A stretch of 64,000 nt of DNA from a bacterium (GCA_963674965.2 CAXXFL010000003.1:160001-224000); one strand, 5' to 3'. Counted from the stretch's first letter, positions 9,462 to 20,380 are shown. Numbers and translations: made by a program. The notes: generated by a model not told the origin, from the letters alone.

Positions 9462-10043
9462 CTATCCGCGAGCCAGCTTCTCCCCCAGCGCCCTGGCCGC
9501 CTTCATCGCCTTGGGGTCCTTTTTCACCAGGGCCTTATCGAAAATCCCGAAGACCGGCAGCTCGCCTTTGACCCTGTATCCCAGGGCCTCGAGGGGCATG
9601 GTCATGGCCTCGAGGGTGAAGCCCATGTCCTTCCTGTTCGGCTGCTCGCATATGGCCGCGGCGACGGCCACGCGTCCCCCTCCAGCCAGCCGGCTCGAGT
9701 AGCCGCGAGGCCGGTCGTCGGTAAAGTCGTAATAACAATAGAGCCGGTCGATAAAGGCCTTCATCAGGGCCGACACGTTGTATTGATGAGTGGGAGAGAC
9801 CAGCGCCAGTGCCCCGGCCTCCTCGATCAAGGGATAGATCAGCTGCATGCCGTCCCTCACCCCCGTGCAGGCCTTGTCCTTGCGGCAACGCTCGCAGCCG
9901 ATGCAGCTCGAGAAATCGTAGTCGCGAAGATGGACCGCCATCACCTCCGCTCCCGCGCTTTTCGCGCCCGCCAGTATTTCCCGCAGGAGAGCGTCGCTGT
10001 TTCCTCCCCTCCGGGGACTTCCGTCAATTCCCAGGACCTTCAT
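9462..10043 (-). CDS. Flavodoxin-family iron-sulfur flavoprotein (NADPH-dependent FMN reductase family)
   Basis: MKVLGIDGSPRRGGNS, CIGCERC..C, MKAFIDRL; start moved to the ATG at 10043 behind GGAGG. Confidence 0.85.
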   Translation of the reverse strand: MKVLGIDGSPRRGGNSDALLREILAGAKSAGAEVMAVHLRDYDFSSCIGCERCRKDKACTGVRDGMQLIYPLIEEAGALALVSPTHQYNVSALMKAFIDRLYCYYDFTDDRPRGYSSRLAGGGRVAVAAAICEQPNRKDMGFTLEAMTMPLEALGYRVKGELPVFGIFDKALVKKDPKAMKAARALGEKLARG

Positions 10044-10137
10044 GATTTGGGCCTCCCTATACACTGGTTTATAATTGTTCCAAGATGATATCGCATCCGG
10101 CCGTGCATATAAAATCCAGACGTAAGGGAGATCGATC

Positions 10138-11346
10138 ATGAGAGTAACCAAACCCAAATTATGGCCAATTGCATTCTTTGCCTGTCTCGCGCTTTTTTCG
10201 GGAATGGCCCGAGCCGAGGCGCCGGCCACGGAGTTCGACGACATGTACGAGGCCGTGGCCGCCTACATGATGGACCCGGCCAACCACCCCGACCTGGCGG
10301 GCGGCGTGGTCAACGTCGAGTACGGGGACGCCAAGGTGTACGGCCCCGCCTGGATATATCTTCGGGACTCGAGCCCCTATTTCGAGGCCGGCCCCGAGGA
10401 ACTGGCCGTGGCCGACGCCATGATCGAGCGCTACCGCGAGTACTTCGACCGCTTCGAGGCCGCTCCGATCAAGTCCCTGACCGGCGACTTCGACGTCCTC
10501 ATGCACGTGGCCATCGGGATCGAGGGCGTGTTCAAGGCTTACGAGCACGACCCGCGTCCAGAGTACCGAGAGCTCATTATCCGTTACCTCGAGTTGGTCA
10601 AGCCCATCGCGAAACGTCCCTCCATCATTTACGACTATCACGTCGAGCCCTACGGCCCGATCACGGTGGTGGCGGGCGGGGCCTGGTTCTACCTTTCCTA
10701 TCCTCTCACCTTTGGAATGGACGACCCCAAAAGCGGGGAATACATGGAAATCGGTCTCGGTATAATCGCCAAGCTGGATAATAGGCTGTTCGACGAGAAG
10801 GAAAAGAAATACCTGTATTCCATCCGGCCCGGGTACGATTTCACCTACGCCTACACCAACATGGTCATGGCCCAGGCCCTGGTCAGGGCTTACGTTCTGA
10901 CCGGTGAAGAACGTTATTACCGGCGCGGCCTGGATATTCTGGAGACCATGGATCGAGACCTTTATCATCCCGGCTATAAGGGCTACATGGCGGCCGAGGA
11001 CCTGGGCAAATACTATCGGCGCTATCGAAAGATCGGGCCGCAATACAACCACGAGTACATGGCCCTTTCCGCCCACAACTACATCGCCTACGCCTGCTTC
11101 GCCTTTTACGAGGCCGGGGGCTTCAAGGACGAACGCCTGCTCGAGATGGCCCGGCGGGCCCTTTCCTTTCAAAAGGAGTGGCTCTGGGACGGGGCGGGAA
11201 GGATCGAGCACGACATCAAGCGCGGCGTGGTGACGGGGCCCGAGGACTACTGCGGCGGGTGCAACCTGCAAACCCTTTACAACGTGGTCCTATTAAAAAG
11301 CGCCATGATGAAGGAGCCGGCCCTAGGGTTGGCCGGACGTCGATAA
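10138..11346 (+). CDS. Secreted protein, probable (alpha/alpha)-barrel (AGE/glycoside-hydrolase-like)
   Basis: Signal peptide ending ARA; helical repeats N..MAQALVRAYVLTGEERY, LWD..G. Confidence 0.5.
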   Translation: MRVTKPKLWPIAFFACLALFSGMARAEAPATEFDDMYEAVAAYMMDPANHPDLAGGVVNVEYGDAKVYGPAWIYLRDSSPYFEAGPEELAVADAMIERYREYFDRFEAAPIKSLTGDFDVLMHVAIGIEGVFKAYEHDPRPEYRELIIRYLELVKPIAKRPSIIYDYHVEPYGPITVVAGGAWFYLSYPLTFGMDDPKSGEYMEIGLGIIAKLDNRLFDEKEKKYLYSIRPGYDFTYAYTNMVMAQALVRAYVLTGEERYYRRGLDILETMDRDLYHPGYKGYMAAEDLGKYYRRYRKIGPQYNHEYMALSAHNYIAYACFAFYEAGGFKDERLLEMARRALSFQKEWLWDGAGRIEHDIKRGVVTGPEDYCGGCNLQTLYNVVLLKSAMMKEPALGLAGRR

Positions 11347-11542
11347 TGGTATACTTTTCTTGACCATCTCCGGCCGCTTTGCTATGATCCAACCACGGTG
11401 GATCGGCATAGGCGATGGGGGAAAGCCGCTCAGGCTAAGCCGTTTCGATCCAATGATATTCCTTTACTAATTGACCGATATTTATCGCTCCGGCCAAGGC
11501 CCGCGAAACCGGGGCGCCATTTCACGGCAAGGAGACCGGGCA

Positions 11543-13663
11543 ATGTCCGCGATTCCCGAGGACTCGCGAGAGGGTAAAGGCATACTCTCCAACCAGGTGT
11601 TTCGAGACCTGGCGACGATAGTGGGCGTCCTTTTGTCCATCGAGGCGGGCGGCGTCCTCTACTCGATCTATATTCTCGGCCTTTACAAAGACGGCCGATG
11701 GTCCTGGTACATCGCGCTCGACGTTTTGCTTTTTATAGCCGTTATGGCGGTCGGAGCTTTCCTGGGAGTGCGGTGGGGAAAGGACGTAAATGTTTTCGGC
11801 GAGCTTGTAAGGGCGGGAGAGCCCACCACCGTCGAGCAGGCCAAAAAGGCGGCCAAGGCCATTTTCGAGTGGCCCAAAAAAGCCGCCATATTTTATTGCC
11901 TGGCTTACTCCGCGGCTTTTATCTTATGTCTCGCCGTTCTTACACGCCTGGGACACATATCGGCGCGGGAATCGGGCGGCCTTATCGCCTTTAAGCTCAT
12001 CGCCATCTTCAGCATGAGCGTGATCGTCTACAGCGCCTGTAAAATGGTCGAGCGTCCCATGCTGGGCGAGGCGGTGGCAAGGCTCTTCGCCGGACGAGTT
12101 TACTCCTGGCCCCATTCCAGGATCGAAATCAGGTATAAAATCTTCGGCGTGCTGGCCATGGTCGCGGCCTACCTGATGTGCGGTTCAGTGCTCATGGGTT
12201 TCAGCCAGGCCAGACGGGCCCGCGCCGCTCAGCTTGAAAGCGATCTGACCTTCTGGCTGGGCCAAGCCGAGGAGTCCCTGAAAAGGCGGGGGCAAAAACC
12301 GGATTTCTCCGGGCTACCCGACAAGATCGGATCGTCGTCAAACCTCGTGGCCGTCTCCTCCTCGGGCGAGATACTGGCCGGTGACGTTTGGGCCCTTACT
12401 CCAGATGAACTCGAGATGATCGTTACCTCCGACGCCAAGGGACCCGTCATCGACAATAAAAACGGCCGCGTGATTATTCTCGGGGACCCTCTCGAGTCGG
12501 GCCATCGCCTCGCGGCGGTGGGAAAGCTTGAAGCCGGCGGCCTTTCCGCCAGGGTCCGTAACGACCTTATCGCGCTTCTCCTGGCCAGCCTGCTGCTGCT
12601 GGCGGCGGCCACCTACATTCTGGTCAACGATATAAACGGTCCCCTTCAGAACGTGCTCGAGTTCCTCCGCGCCATAGCCGACAACGAGACGGGCAAAAAC
12701 CTCAGGGCCTATTCCGAGGACGAAATGGGCGACTTCGCCCGCGAGCTGGCCAGGACCACGGACCTGTTGCGCGACCGCAACCGGAGCATCGAGCTCCTCC
12801 ATCACATCGAGGCCCTGTCCGAGTCGATCGAGATCAACTGCTCCTTTACCAAGAGCGCCGTCGAGGAGCAGGCCGCGGGCGCGCTCGAGCAGGGCGAGGC
12901 CGTTCACGACGCCCTCCAGATTTCGGCGGAGCTGGCCATCACCGCGGGCAGCATCTCCAAAAACGCCAACTCCCTGCTGCGGGACGCGGAGGAAAACCTC
13001 TCCTTTTGCACCGAAAGCCGCGAGCGCCTGACGAGAGTGCTCGAGGATTTGCGGTCCATGGCCGACTTCGTTCACGAGCTGTCCGACGTGGTGGTTTATC
13101 TGGGGAGGAATATCGGCGACGTCACCCTGGGCATGGAGATGATCGAGGAAATCAACGAGCAGCTAAACCTGCTGGCGTTTAACGCCCAGCTCGAGGCGGC
13201 GGGGGCGGGCGAGGCCGGGTCCAGGTTCATGGTCGTGGCGGAGGAAACGGCCAGACTGTGCCGGCGGGCGTTCGTCTCCGCCGAGGCCATCGGCGAGATG
13301 ATCGAGCAAACCAGGGACGCCATGGAACGAGCGGCCGAAACCTCGATGAAGGGCATCGAGATCGTAACCAAAAACGAGGCCATGATCGACGAGATAACGG
13401 CGACGATCGTCGAAATCGACGGGAGGGCGAGAGACTCCGAGGAAACGGCCAGGGGTATAGCGGCCATCACCGCCCAACAGGAGGCGGCCTGCGGCGAAAT
13501 GAACGAAACCATCGAGGGACTGAGCGCGGCGGCCGCTCAGATAAAATCGAACGCGGACAACGTCCTGTCCGCCATCACCAAGCTCGCCACCATGACCGTC
13601 CAGTTGGAAAAAGAGTTGAACGTGGCCAACCGCGACGGGGCCCAAAAGCGGACGATCAACTGA
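11543..13663 (+). CDS. Methyl-accepting chemotaxis protein with a multi-TM N-terminus and HAMP domain
   Basis: EQLNLLAFNAQLEAAGAGEAGSRFMVVAEE hairpin; DEMGD HAMP; AAGGAG RBS before ATG 11543. Confidence 0.85.
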   Translation: MSAIPEDSREGKGILSNQVFRDLATIVGVLLSIEAGGVLYSIYILGLYKDGRWSWYIALDVLLFIAVMAVGAFLGVRWGKDVNVFGELVRAGEPTTVEQAKKAAKAIFEWPKKAAIFYCLAYSAAFILCLAVLTRLGHISARESGGLIAFKLIAIFSMSVIVYSACKMVERPMLGEAVARLFAGRVYSWPHSRIEIRYKIFGVLAMVAAYLMCGSVLMGFSQARRARAAQLESDLTFWLGQAEESLKRRGQKPDFSGLPDKIGSSSNLVAVSSSGEILAGDVWALTPDELEMIVTSDAKGPVIDNKNGRVIILGDPLESGHRLAAVGKLEAGGLSARVRNDLIALLLASLLLLAAATYILVNDINGPLQNVLEFLRAIADNETGKNLRAYSEDEMGDFARELARTTDLLRDRNRSIELLHHIEALSESIEINCSFTKSAVEEQAAGALEQGEAVHDALQISAELAITAGSISKNANSLLRDAEENLSFCTESRERLTRVLEDLRSMADFVHELSDVVVYLGRNIGDVTLGMEMIEEINEQLNLLAFNAQLEAAGAGEAGSRFMVVAEETARLCRRAFVSAEAIGEMIEQTRDAMERAAETSMKGIEIVTKNEAMIDEITATIVEIDGRARDSEETARGIAAITAQQEAACGEMNETIEGLSAAAAQIKSNADNVLSAITKLATMTVQLEKELNVANRDGAQKRTIN

Positions 13664-13831
13664 ACGATATCCCGAGTCGCCTCCCTCTCGCTCGCCTGGA
13701 CTTAAGTTTCGGGTTATGCCGCCACCCGGAAGTGGACTCGAGGATCGAGGCCATGATGATAAAAGAGGAAGAGGCGAAAAGACAAAACCCCGGCGGCTGG
13801 ACGTGAAATCGCGATCATTTAAGGCAAGGCC

Positions 13832-14716
13832 ATGGAAGATAAAAGCGGCGAGAAAAGGAATCTCAAGGATCGGATCAAGGAGCTTGTCAAAAAGTCCCTT
13901 AGAATTGCCGCGCTCGTTATCGCGGGCCTTTCGGTTTTCTTGTATTTTTTTCAGTCGATCTACATGTATCGCCCATTGCCGGACATTATCTTGACGCCGG
14001 ATAAGGTGGGCTTGGATTACGAGGACGTTACCTTCACCTCGGAGGACGGAGTGCGTCTTCATGGGTGGTTCTTTGCTCCGAAGAAGGACCCGGTCGTTAT
14101 CCTTTTTTGTCACTCCAACGCGGGTAATATCTCCTACTATCTTGAGACGATATCCATTCTGACCGACCTGGGGCGCGGCGTCTTCATCTTCGACTACCGC
14201 GGCTTCGGTCTCAGCGAGGGCAAGCCTGACGAGGAGGGAACGTACAAGGACGCCAAGGCGGCCTGGAAATATCTCACCCGAGAGCGGGGCCTCGACGAGA
14301 GCCTCATCGTGGTTCACGGCCGATCCCTTGGCGGGGCCGCGGCGGCCTATCTGGCGGCGCATAAAAACCCCAGGGCGCTTATCGTCGAGTCGTCCTTCTC
14401 CTCCTTTCCCGAAGTGGCCCGGGACTATTACCCATATCTGCCCGTGGGCCTCATCGCCAGGTATCAATACCCCACGGCCGAATACGTCTCCCGCTCCGCG
14501 TGTCCCAAACTGATCATGCACGGCCGCGACGACGAGGTCGTGCCCTTTTACCACGGCGAGAAAATATTCAAAGCCGCGAAGCCGCCCAAGCGCTTCGTCG
14601 AGCTGAAGGGAGACCACAACGACGGCTTCAGTCTCTCGGGAGACGTCTATAAAAATTCGATATCGGAGTTTCTTGATTCACTTTCCCCGTCAAAGGCGCG
14701 TATCCGTAACGAGTAA
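13832..14716 (+). CDS. Alpha/beta hydrolase (YfhR/ABHD-like)
   Basis: HSNAGNI, DYRGFGLSEG, GRSLGG nucleophile, HGRDDEVVP, GDHND. Confidence 0.9.
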   Translation: MEDKSGEKRNLKDRIKELVKKSLRIAALVIAGLSVFLYFFQSIYMYRPLPDIILTPDKVGLDYEDVTFTSEDGVRLHGWFFAPKKDPVVILFCHSNAGNISYYLETISILTDLGRGVFIFDYRGFGLSEGKPDEEGTYKDAKAAWKYLTRERGLDESLIVVHGRSLGGAAAAYLAAHKNPRALIVESSFSSFPEVARDYYPYLPVGLIARYQYPTAEYVSRSACPKLIMHGRDDEVVPFYHGEKIFKAAKPPKRFVELKGDHNDGFSLSGDVYKNSISEFLDSLSPSKARIRNE

Positions 14717-14753
14717 ATAGACTTATTCCGCCGCCCATGCTCGTTTCATTTAT

Positions 14754-16096
14754 GGTTCTACGTAATTTAGTGTGGGTGAATTGACCGCCCCCGTTCTCTT
14801 TGTCAGAGTAGTTTTAGCAAAAAGCACCAAAACAAGGAGGACGAGATGGCGGTCAAAAAGGATTATATCGATATTATGGTCAACATTCCAGGTTTTTCCG
14901 TTCATCGGGTCAGCACTCATACTTGGGAGGGAGATGAATTCCCCAGCCTGATGATCGAGCTTTCGCGCGATCGCAACGTTTACAAGTGCAGATGCGGCAG
15001 GGAGTTCAGCGCGTATTACGACTGCGACGAACGTTGCGTCCGTGATCTTTCCTACGGCGTCTTCAAGCGGAGTTACCTTTTTTTCTATCAGGTCCGCGTT
15101 GATTGCCCCGACCGCGGAGTGGTCACCGAGAGCCTCGAGTGGACGCTTCCCCGGGTCGAGTACTCGAAACGTCTTGCCGCCGAGGTGGCTTTGGCCTGCG
15201 AGGAGATTCGTAGCCTTAAGGCCGTTGCCGAGCAGTACGGCCTCCACGAGAAGACGGTCAAGGCCATAGACAAGGCCGCGCTGGATGAGCGAGTGCCCGA
15301 TCCGTCCGAGGCTTCTCCCACCGTCATCGGCGTGGACGAGTTTTCCATCCGCCGCCGCCATCGCTACGCCACGGCCGTGATCGACTTCAAGAGCGGTGAA
15401 ATCCCCTACATCGGCCTGGACCGGACCAAGGAGAGCCTGTCCTTTTTTTACGAGGCCCTGGGGCCGGAAAAGTGCGAGAAGATCGAGGCGGTGGCCATGG
15501 ACATGTGGAAGCCTTATGAGGAGGCCACTCGCGAGCATTGCCCTAACGCCGCGATAGTTTACGATCCCTTCCACGTCATTTCGGCTTACGGACGCGAGGT
15601 GGTGGACAAGGTCCGGGTCCAGGAATTCAGGATGGCCCGAGGCGAACGCAAGGAAGCCATCAAGGGCAGCCGCTACCTGCTTCTTAAAAACGCCTCGAAC
15701 CTTGACGTGGAAAGGGGCGAGCACGTTCGGTTGGCCGATCTCCTCCGGCTTAACCGCAAGCTTTTCAAAGTCTATGTTCTTAAGGACGACCTCAAGCAGA
15801 TCTGGAGGTATAAAAGCGAGGCTTGGTCGCGCAAGTGGCTGATGAACTGGTATCATCGAGCGATGAGATCGCGGATCGACGCTTTGAAGAAATTCGCCAA
15901 GAAGCTCAAGGATCACATGCCCGGTCTCATCTCTCATTGCCGTTATCCTATTCACACCAGCCTCATCGAGGGAGTGAACAACAAGATCAAGGTGATAAAG
16001 CGCATTGCCTTCGGCTTCAGGGACATGGAATACTTCTTCCTAAAGATAAGGGGCGCTTTCCATGCTAAATATACCCATACTTAAATACGTTGAACC
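14754..16096 (+). mobile_element. Complete ISL3-family insertion sequence
   Basis: IRs GGTTCTACGTAATTTAGTGTGGGT / GGTTCAACGTATTTAAGTATGGGT (20/24); 8-bp TSD TCATTTAT at 14746-14753 and 16097-16104. Confidence 0.95.
14846..16084 (+). CDS. ISL3 transposase
   Basis: IGVDEF, AMDMWKPY, YDPFHVI, IEGVNNKIKVIKRIAFGFR. Confidence 0.95.
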   Translation: MAVKKDYIDIMVNIPGFSVHRVSTHTWEGDEFPSLMIELSRDRNVYKCRCGREFSAYYDCDERCVRDLSYGVFKRSYLFFYQVRVDCPDRGVVTESLEWTLPRVEYSKRLAAEVALACEEIRSLKAVAEQYGLHEKTVKAIDKAALDERVPDPSEASPTVIGVDEFSIRRRHRYATAVIDFKSGEIPYIGLDRTKESLSFFYEALGPEKCEKIEAVAMDMWKPYEEATREHCPNAAIVYDPFHVISAYGREVVDKVRVQEFRMARGERKEAIKGSRYLLLKNASNLDVERGEHVRLADLLRLNRKLFKVYVLKDDLKQIWRYKSEAWSRKWLMNWYHRAMRSRIDALKKFAKKLKDHMPGLISHCRYPIHTSLIEGVNNKIKVIKRIAFGFRDMEYFFLKIRGAFHAKYTHT

Positions 16097-16261
16097 TCAT
16101 TTATATTCCTGAAAGCCATAGAGTCGCCATGACCTCTTTGCTCCTAGGCGCGATTATTCAGAGGCGCTTGGTTGTCGGCTTGGAAAATGTGGCTACTCTC
16201 CGTCCACTATGAAAAGAGTTCGAATGATTTTACCGTAGCTGGATTCTCTTCCTCGAAACGG

Positions 16262-19102
16262 CTAATGGGGCCGTACCGCGGCGCCGCGCCTCACTTTGGA
16301 AACCGCGCGAAAAACCACCGCGCTCGTGGTTAATGCAATGAGGCCCATCGACGAAAGAAAAGCGTAAAGCCCCACCCTGAATTGAATTGGAACGTACTTA
16401 AACGTGACGACGTGTCCGCCTTTTTCCAGGGCTACCGCCTTGGAAACCAGGTCCGCCCTGAATATCCTTAACTCCTCGCCGCTCTCGTTATAGGCCCTCC
16501 AGCCGGGATAATAGGCGTCGGACACCACGGCGTAGGCCCGGCTCGAGACCTCGGCCTTTATCTTGAACGCGTCGTCCGCGATCATCTCGATGGCGACGCT
16601 CTCTTTGCCGGACGTTACCCGGCCGGAAAGATCGGGGGCCCGGGGATCGAGGATTACGGTCTCGATCAGTGGATCGAACCTCGAGGCGTCGCGCATTATC
16701 GAGAGGGCCTCATCGTTATCCATGGCCTTTTTGGTCCGATGTACCAGGCGCGCCCTTTTTATGGCGTCCTTGTTTTCAAGGACCTGGACCCGGTCCCCCT
16801 CGAGGTATTGCAGGGTCTTGCCCCGTTTTTCGACGCGTGGGTCCCACCAGGCCAAAAGGCTTGCCTCTCCCGGCGAGTCCGAGAGCTTCTTGCCTCGTAA
16901 AAAGCCGGGCGGTATGAAAGAAAAATCAAGCGTCGCCGAGCCGGATGACGCCGGGCCAAACGAGCGCTCGACCCTCGTTGCTCCACTCTCTCCGCTCGAG
17001 ACCGCTCGGCTGAACCATAGTTCCGCTGAATCCTGACTTTTGCATATAAGCGAGGTCCAGGAGGTAGCGGACGAAATATGGGAAGGCCCCACCTGACGTT
17101 CCTTCCCGCCCGCTTCTTTCGATGTATCATCGAGTGGCCCAAACACAAGGTCGGCAACGAGTTGATCGCCCTCCGAGAACCTGCCCTCGTAGCCGAACGC
17201 GCCGGGACCGTCGGCTACAAGAGCCGGCCTCCTAATATTTTTCCCTTCTTCGTCTCCAGTTGGGCGATACGCCAGAAGCTCTCGGTCCCACGGCGAAAAG
17301 GGAGCGGGCCTTCTCGGATTGCCCACGTAATCGCTATCTGACAGGATCGGAAAAAGCGACGCCTCGGACAAGGCCATGTCCTGGAGAAAAAAATACTTGA
17401 TGCCCGCCAGGTTGAGGATATGCCTGTTCGTCGAATTGATATAATCCGTTGACTTGAGGTAGTAGGTAAACTTTGACCGCAGCGCCTTGCCGTTTTCAAT
17501 CCTGGCGGAATCTGGACAGAGGGCGGCCAGAAAATAGGCGTGGTTGGCCAGAGGATAGTCGAACCAGGTGTCGGCGCTATATTCTCCAAAGTAGCCCGAG
17601 TCGTGGGGAGGTAGGTCGTAATCCATGGTTGGAGCTATCATCGCGGTCCACGCGTACATCCCCTGTACCCGATAGTCGTTTCCCGCTTCCCTGATATATT
17701 TTTTATAAACCGGGTCCGGCTCGGGAAACTTCATAGTGTAGGAGGAAGAAAAAAGAGTGGCGCCAGAATCGACCGCCACGAGCAGGAAGAGCGCGAGCGG
17801 GCGATACCCGCGAAGGGACCCTATTTTAAGGCAGAGAATGAATCCAATGGATAAAACCAAAAGGATAAAAGCATATATAGGCCCCGGCGACACGACGAGC
17901 GACAGGGCCAGACAAATGGCCCCGAGCGCGATCCATCCGGGCTTTCTATTATCCAACGCCTCGATTAGCGAGTAAAATCCAACCGCCACCCCGAAATAAA
18001 CTGGACCCTGCAGTAACAGCCCCAATTTATAGTGGCGAAAAAAGCTACCGAACACGGGCAGATAATAGGGAATGGCGGCGGTCCCGAGACGTCCTCCCAA
18101 AACGATCGCCAGCACGGCCAGGGACAACCACAGAGCGCTCCGGAACAAAGGCGCTTCTCTTTTGCTCTTAAAGCCGGCGGCGATGAGAACGAGAATCGAG
18201 AAAGGTAGAAAAAGGTTCCTATAGGTCCGGAAAAAAAGACCCAGCGACGCGATGACCGTATCATGAGCTTGGGGAAAAGTCATGGCGTACTCGTTTAAAG
18301 TAAACGCGTCGAGTTTGATCATCCTGGTGGCCATGAGCAAAGTGGGAATAATCTGGAAAAGGCTTAGAATAATGGCCAGCGCCCCGGCCAGGACAAGGAC
18401 AATGAAGGTATTGGCGGATTCCCTTATGGTCATGCGCGCAAAAACCGTCCAAAGAAAAAACAAAGAACCGAACAGATAAGCCCCCTGCACGAGAACCGGC
18501 GGATCACCGGCGATAATGACTAGATATAAAGACACGGCGTTGATCAGGAAACGGCGCGCCGACGGTTTTTGCGCGATGCCAAGGGCCGACCAGAACCAGC
18601 AGAGCCACCAGGGAAGTTGAACGACGACTTGATATACGGACCCCGCCCAAGGCGTAAAACCCGTGGTGACGAGAAGAAACCCGGCCGCCGCCGAGCCCCA
18701 GCGCTCGGCCGTGCCTCTTCTGAAAATCAGATACGCGAAAAGGCCCATGAGGCACGCGTTTATCAAGGAGAACATGGGCATGGAGTCGTTCAAGCCAAGC
18801 GTAAAGGCGTAGAAAGTAACTGGATGCCCCAGGCATCCCAGGTAGAAGGCCAGCGCCGGGCTTCCCATGTGACCATATGGATACCACAATGGAAAGTGCC
18901 CATCCATGATGACGCCGTGGACCATTTTTATGGGCGATGGATACCCGGCCGGCATGTCGAAATGGAAGGCCGTCAGGTCGTGAAAAGACTCGTGAAGAAA
19001 AATCGGTTTTGCGTGAAGGAGCGCTATGCCGGCTATCATCAGCGCGAAGGCGACGTATCGCCCGCTTTCGAGCAACCCGGGCTCTTTAGTATTTTCTTGC
19101 AT
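16262..19102 (-). CDS. YfhO-family multi-pass membrane protein (GT-C-like glycosyltransferase)
   Basis: GHFPLWYPY..G.P N-terminus, many TM helices, C-terminal SDAYYPGWRA..GGHVVTFKYVP + TM. Confidence 0.8.
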   Translation of the reverse strand: MQENTKEPGLLESGRYVAFALMIAGIALLHAKPIFLHESFHDLTAFHFDMPAGYPSPIKMVHGVIMDGHFPLWYPYGHMGSPALAFYLGCLGHPVTFYAFTLGLNDSMPMFSLINACLMGLFAYLIFRRGTAERWGSAAAGFLLVTTGFTPWAGSVYQVVVQLPWWLCWFWSALGIAQKPSARRFLINAVSLYLVIIAGDPPVLVQGAYLFGSLFFLWTVFARMTIRESANTFIVLVLAGALAIILSLFQIIPTLLMATRMIKLDAFTLNEYAMTFPQAHDTVIASLGLFFRTYRNLFLPFSILVLIAAGFKSKREAPLFRSALWLSLAVLAIVLGGRLGTAAIPYYLPVFGSFFRHYKLGLLLQGPVYFGVAVGFYSLIEALDNRKPGWIALGAICLALSLVVSPGPIYAFILLVLSIGFILCLKIGSLRGYRPLALFLLVAVDSGATLFSSSYTMKFPEPDPVYKKYIREAGNDYRVQGMYAWTAMIAPTMDYDLPPHDSGYFGEYSADTWFDYPLANHAYFLAALCPDSARIENGKALRSKFTYYLKSTDYINSTNRHILNLAGIKYFFLQDMALSEASLFPILSDSDYVGNPRRPAPFSPWDRELLAYRPTGDEEGKNIRRPALVADGPGAFGYEGRFSEGDQLVADLVFGPLDDTSKEAGGKERQVGPSHISSATSWTSLICKSQDSAELWFSRAVSSGESGATRVERSFGPASSGSATLDFSFIPPGFLRGKKLSDSPGEASLLAWWDPRVEKRGKTLQYLEGDRVQVLENKDAIKRARLVHRTKKAMDNDEALSIMRDASRFDPLIETVILDPRAPDLSGRVTSGKESVAIEMIADDAFKIKAEVSSRAYAVVSDAYYPGWRAYNESGEELRIFRADLVSKAVALEKGGHVVTFKYVPIQFRVGLYAFLSSMGLIALTTSAVVFRAVSKVRRGAAVRPH

Positions 19103-19164
19103 ACGGAAATATGGTCGCGTTTCTCCGGAGAAGGCCCGGCTTCGGACGGACGGGGCCGGCCGCG

Positions 19165-20253
19165 TTACTTGTATTTATCGAATGGGACTCCTCTTTGCGC
19201 TCCCCTCTCCTCGAACCATTTGGCCTCGTTCTCCGGGGGCGCCACCAGGTCTTTCTCGTCCTTGCGGACCATTTTTATGGCGCCCGCGTCACACGTGCTG
19301 ACGCAAAGTCCGCAGCCGATGCATTTTTCCACGATCACCTTGAAGGCGTCCTCCCCGTCCTCGATGGCCCCAACCTGGCAACGCTCGTCCGCGCAAACGC
19401 CGCAGGAAACGCACTCGTCCGCGTCGATGACCGCGTAGTAATGGGAGTTTACCACCTTGGAAGCCGGTATGCCCATTTCGTTGATGCCGCGAAGCACGCC
19501 GCAACAACATCCGCAACAGTTGCAGATGAAGTAGTGCCCGTTTTGAACGTTCCAGGTCATATGGACCAGGGCCTCCTCCTCGGCCTTTTTCAGGATTTCA
19601 TAGGCCTCCTCCTTGGTTACCACCCGGCCCGTCCAGTCGCCCTTCTCGAAAATGCCCGGCACGGGAGCGAAGGCCATGCACACCTGCGTGGTCCGCTCGC
19701 ACGGATCGCCGAGTATCGCTTTCTCCTTTTTGCAGATGCATTCCATAACCCGGAAGGACTTCGACCTCTCCACTATATTCGAGACCTTCTCGAAGGGAAG
19801 GGCCTCGTGGACCGCGCTTATCTCTTGTTCCACCGGGACCACCTGCATGAGCTGGGGACCGTTGCCAAAGAACTGCTTGCCGAAGGCGTCGCCGTATTCC
19901 TCGACCAACTCGCAAAGCTCGCGGTCCAGGCGATCGAGTTGAAACTCGTAAATCCCGAACACCCAGGGAAGCATCTTGAATATCCTCGTGCCCCCCATGT
20001 CGATCACGAATATCTGACCCTTCTTGCCCATGGCCACGAGCCGCTCCTCGAGGCCCTCGAGCGGACGGCCGGTACGCTCGGCGATCTTTGCGGCCGTCTC
20101 GAAGGTAAGGCGGAGGTCGCAAAAAAGCTCGGCGTCCTCGGGCGAGAAAATCTTCTTTAAAATCTTGATCTCGATCCCGCTCTCGGTGGCGGGAAAACCG
20201 TTGGGCAGAGCGTCAAGAACCTTGGCCAACTCGCGGTAAACCTGATCGGACAT
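19165..20253 (-). CDS. 4Fe-4S dicluster domain protein
   Basis: CICK, ICNCCGCCCG, CVSCGVCADERCQ, CIGCGLCVSTC. Confidence 0.85.
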   Translation of the reverse strand: MSDQVYRELAKVLDALPNGFPATESGIEIKILKKIFSPEDAELFCDLRLTFETAAKIAERTGRPLEGLEERLVAMGKKGQIFVIDMGGTRIFKMLPWVFGIYEFQLDRLDRELCELVEEYGDAFGKQFFGNGPQLMQVVPVEQEISAVHEALPFEKVSNIVERSKSFRVMECICKKEKAILGDPCERTTQVCMAFAPVPGIFEKGDWTGRVVTKEEAYEILKKAEEEALVHMTWNVQNGHYFICNCCGCCCGVLRGINEMGIPASKVVNSHYYAVIDADECVSCGVCADERCQVGAIEDGEDAFKVIVEKCIGCGLCVSTCDAGAIKMVRKDEKDLVAPPENEAKWFEERGAQRGVPFDKYK

Positions 20254-20380
20254 TTTCTCATCCTTTCGCGAGAATACTCGCGTCAATTCATACAAAAGGC
20301 GTCTTTTAAAAATTCAGCTTTATCTTAATATTCAAGGCGGCCACTTTCAAGAGTAAATTCTCCCCCGGCCGCGAGGACCC

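Noticed and set aside
11399-11530. c-di-GMP riboswitch before the chemoreceptor (TGGATCG..CGATCCA stem, GAAA loops)
   Set aside because: Lacks the GGCAAA..GACGCAAA core of class I; only a generic hairpin.
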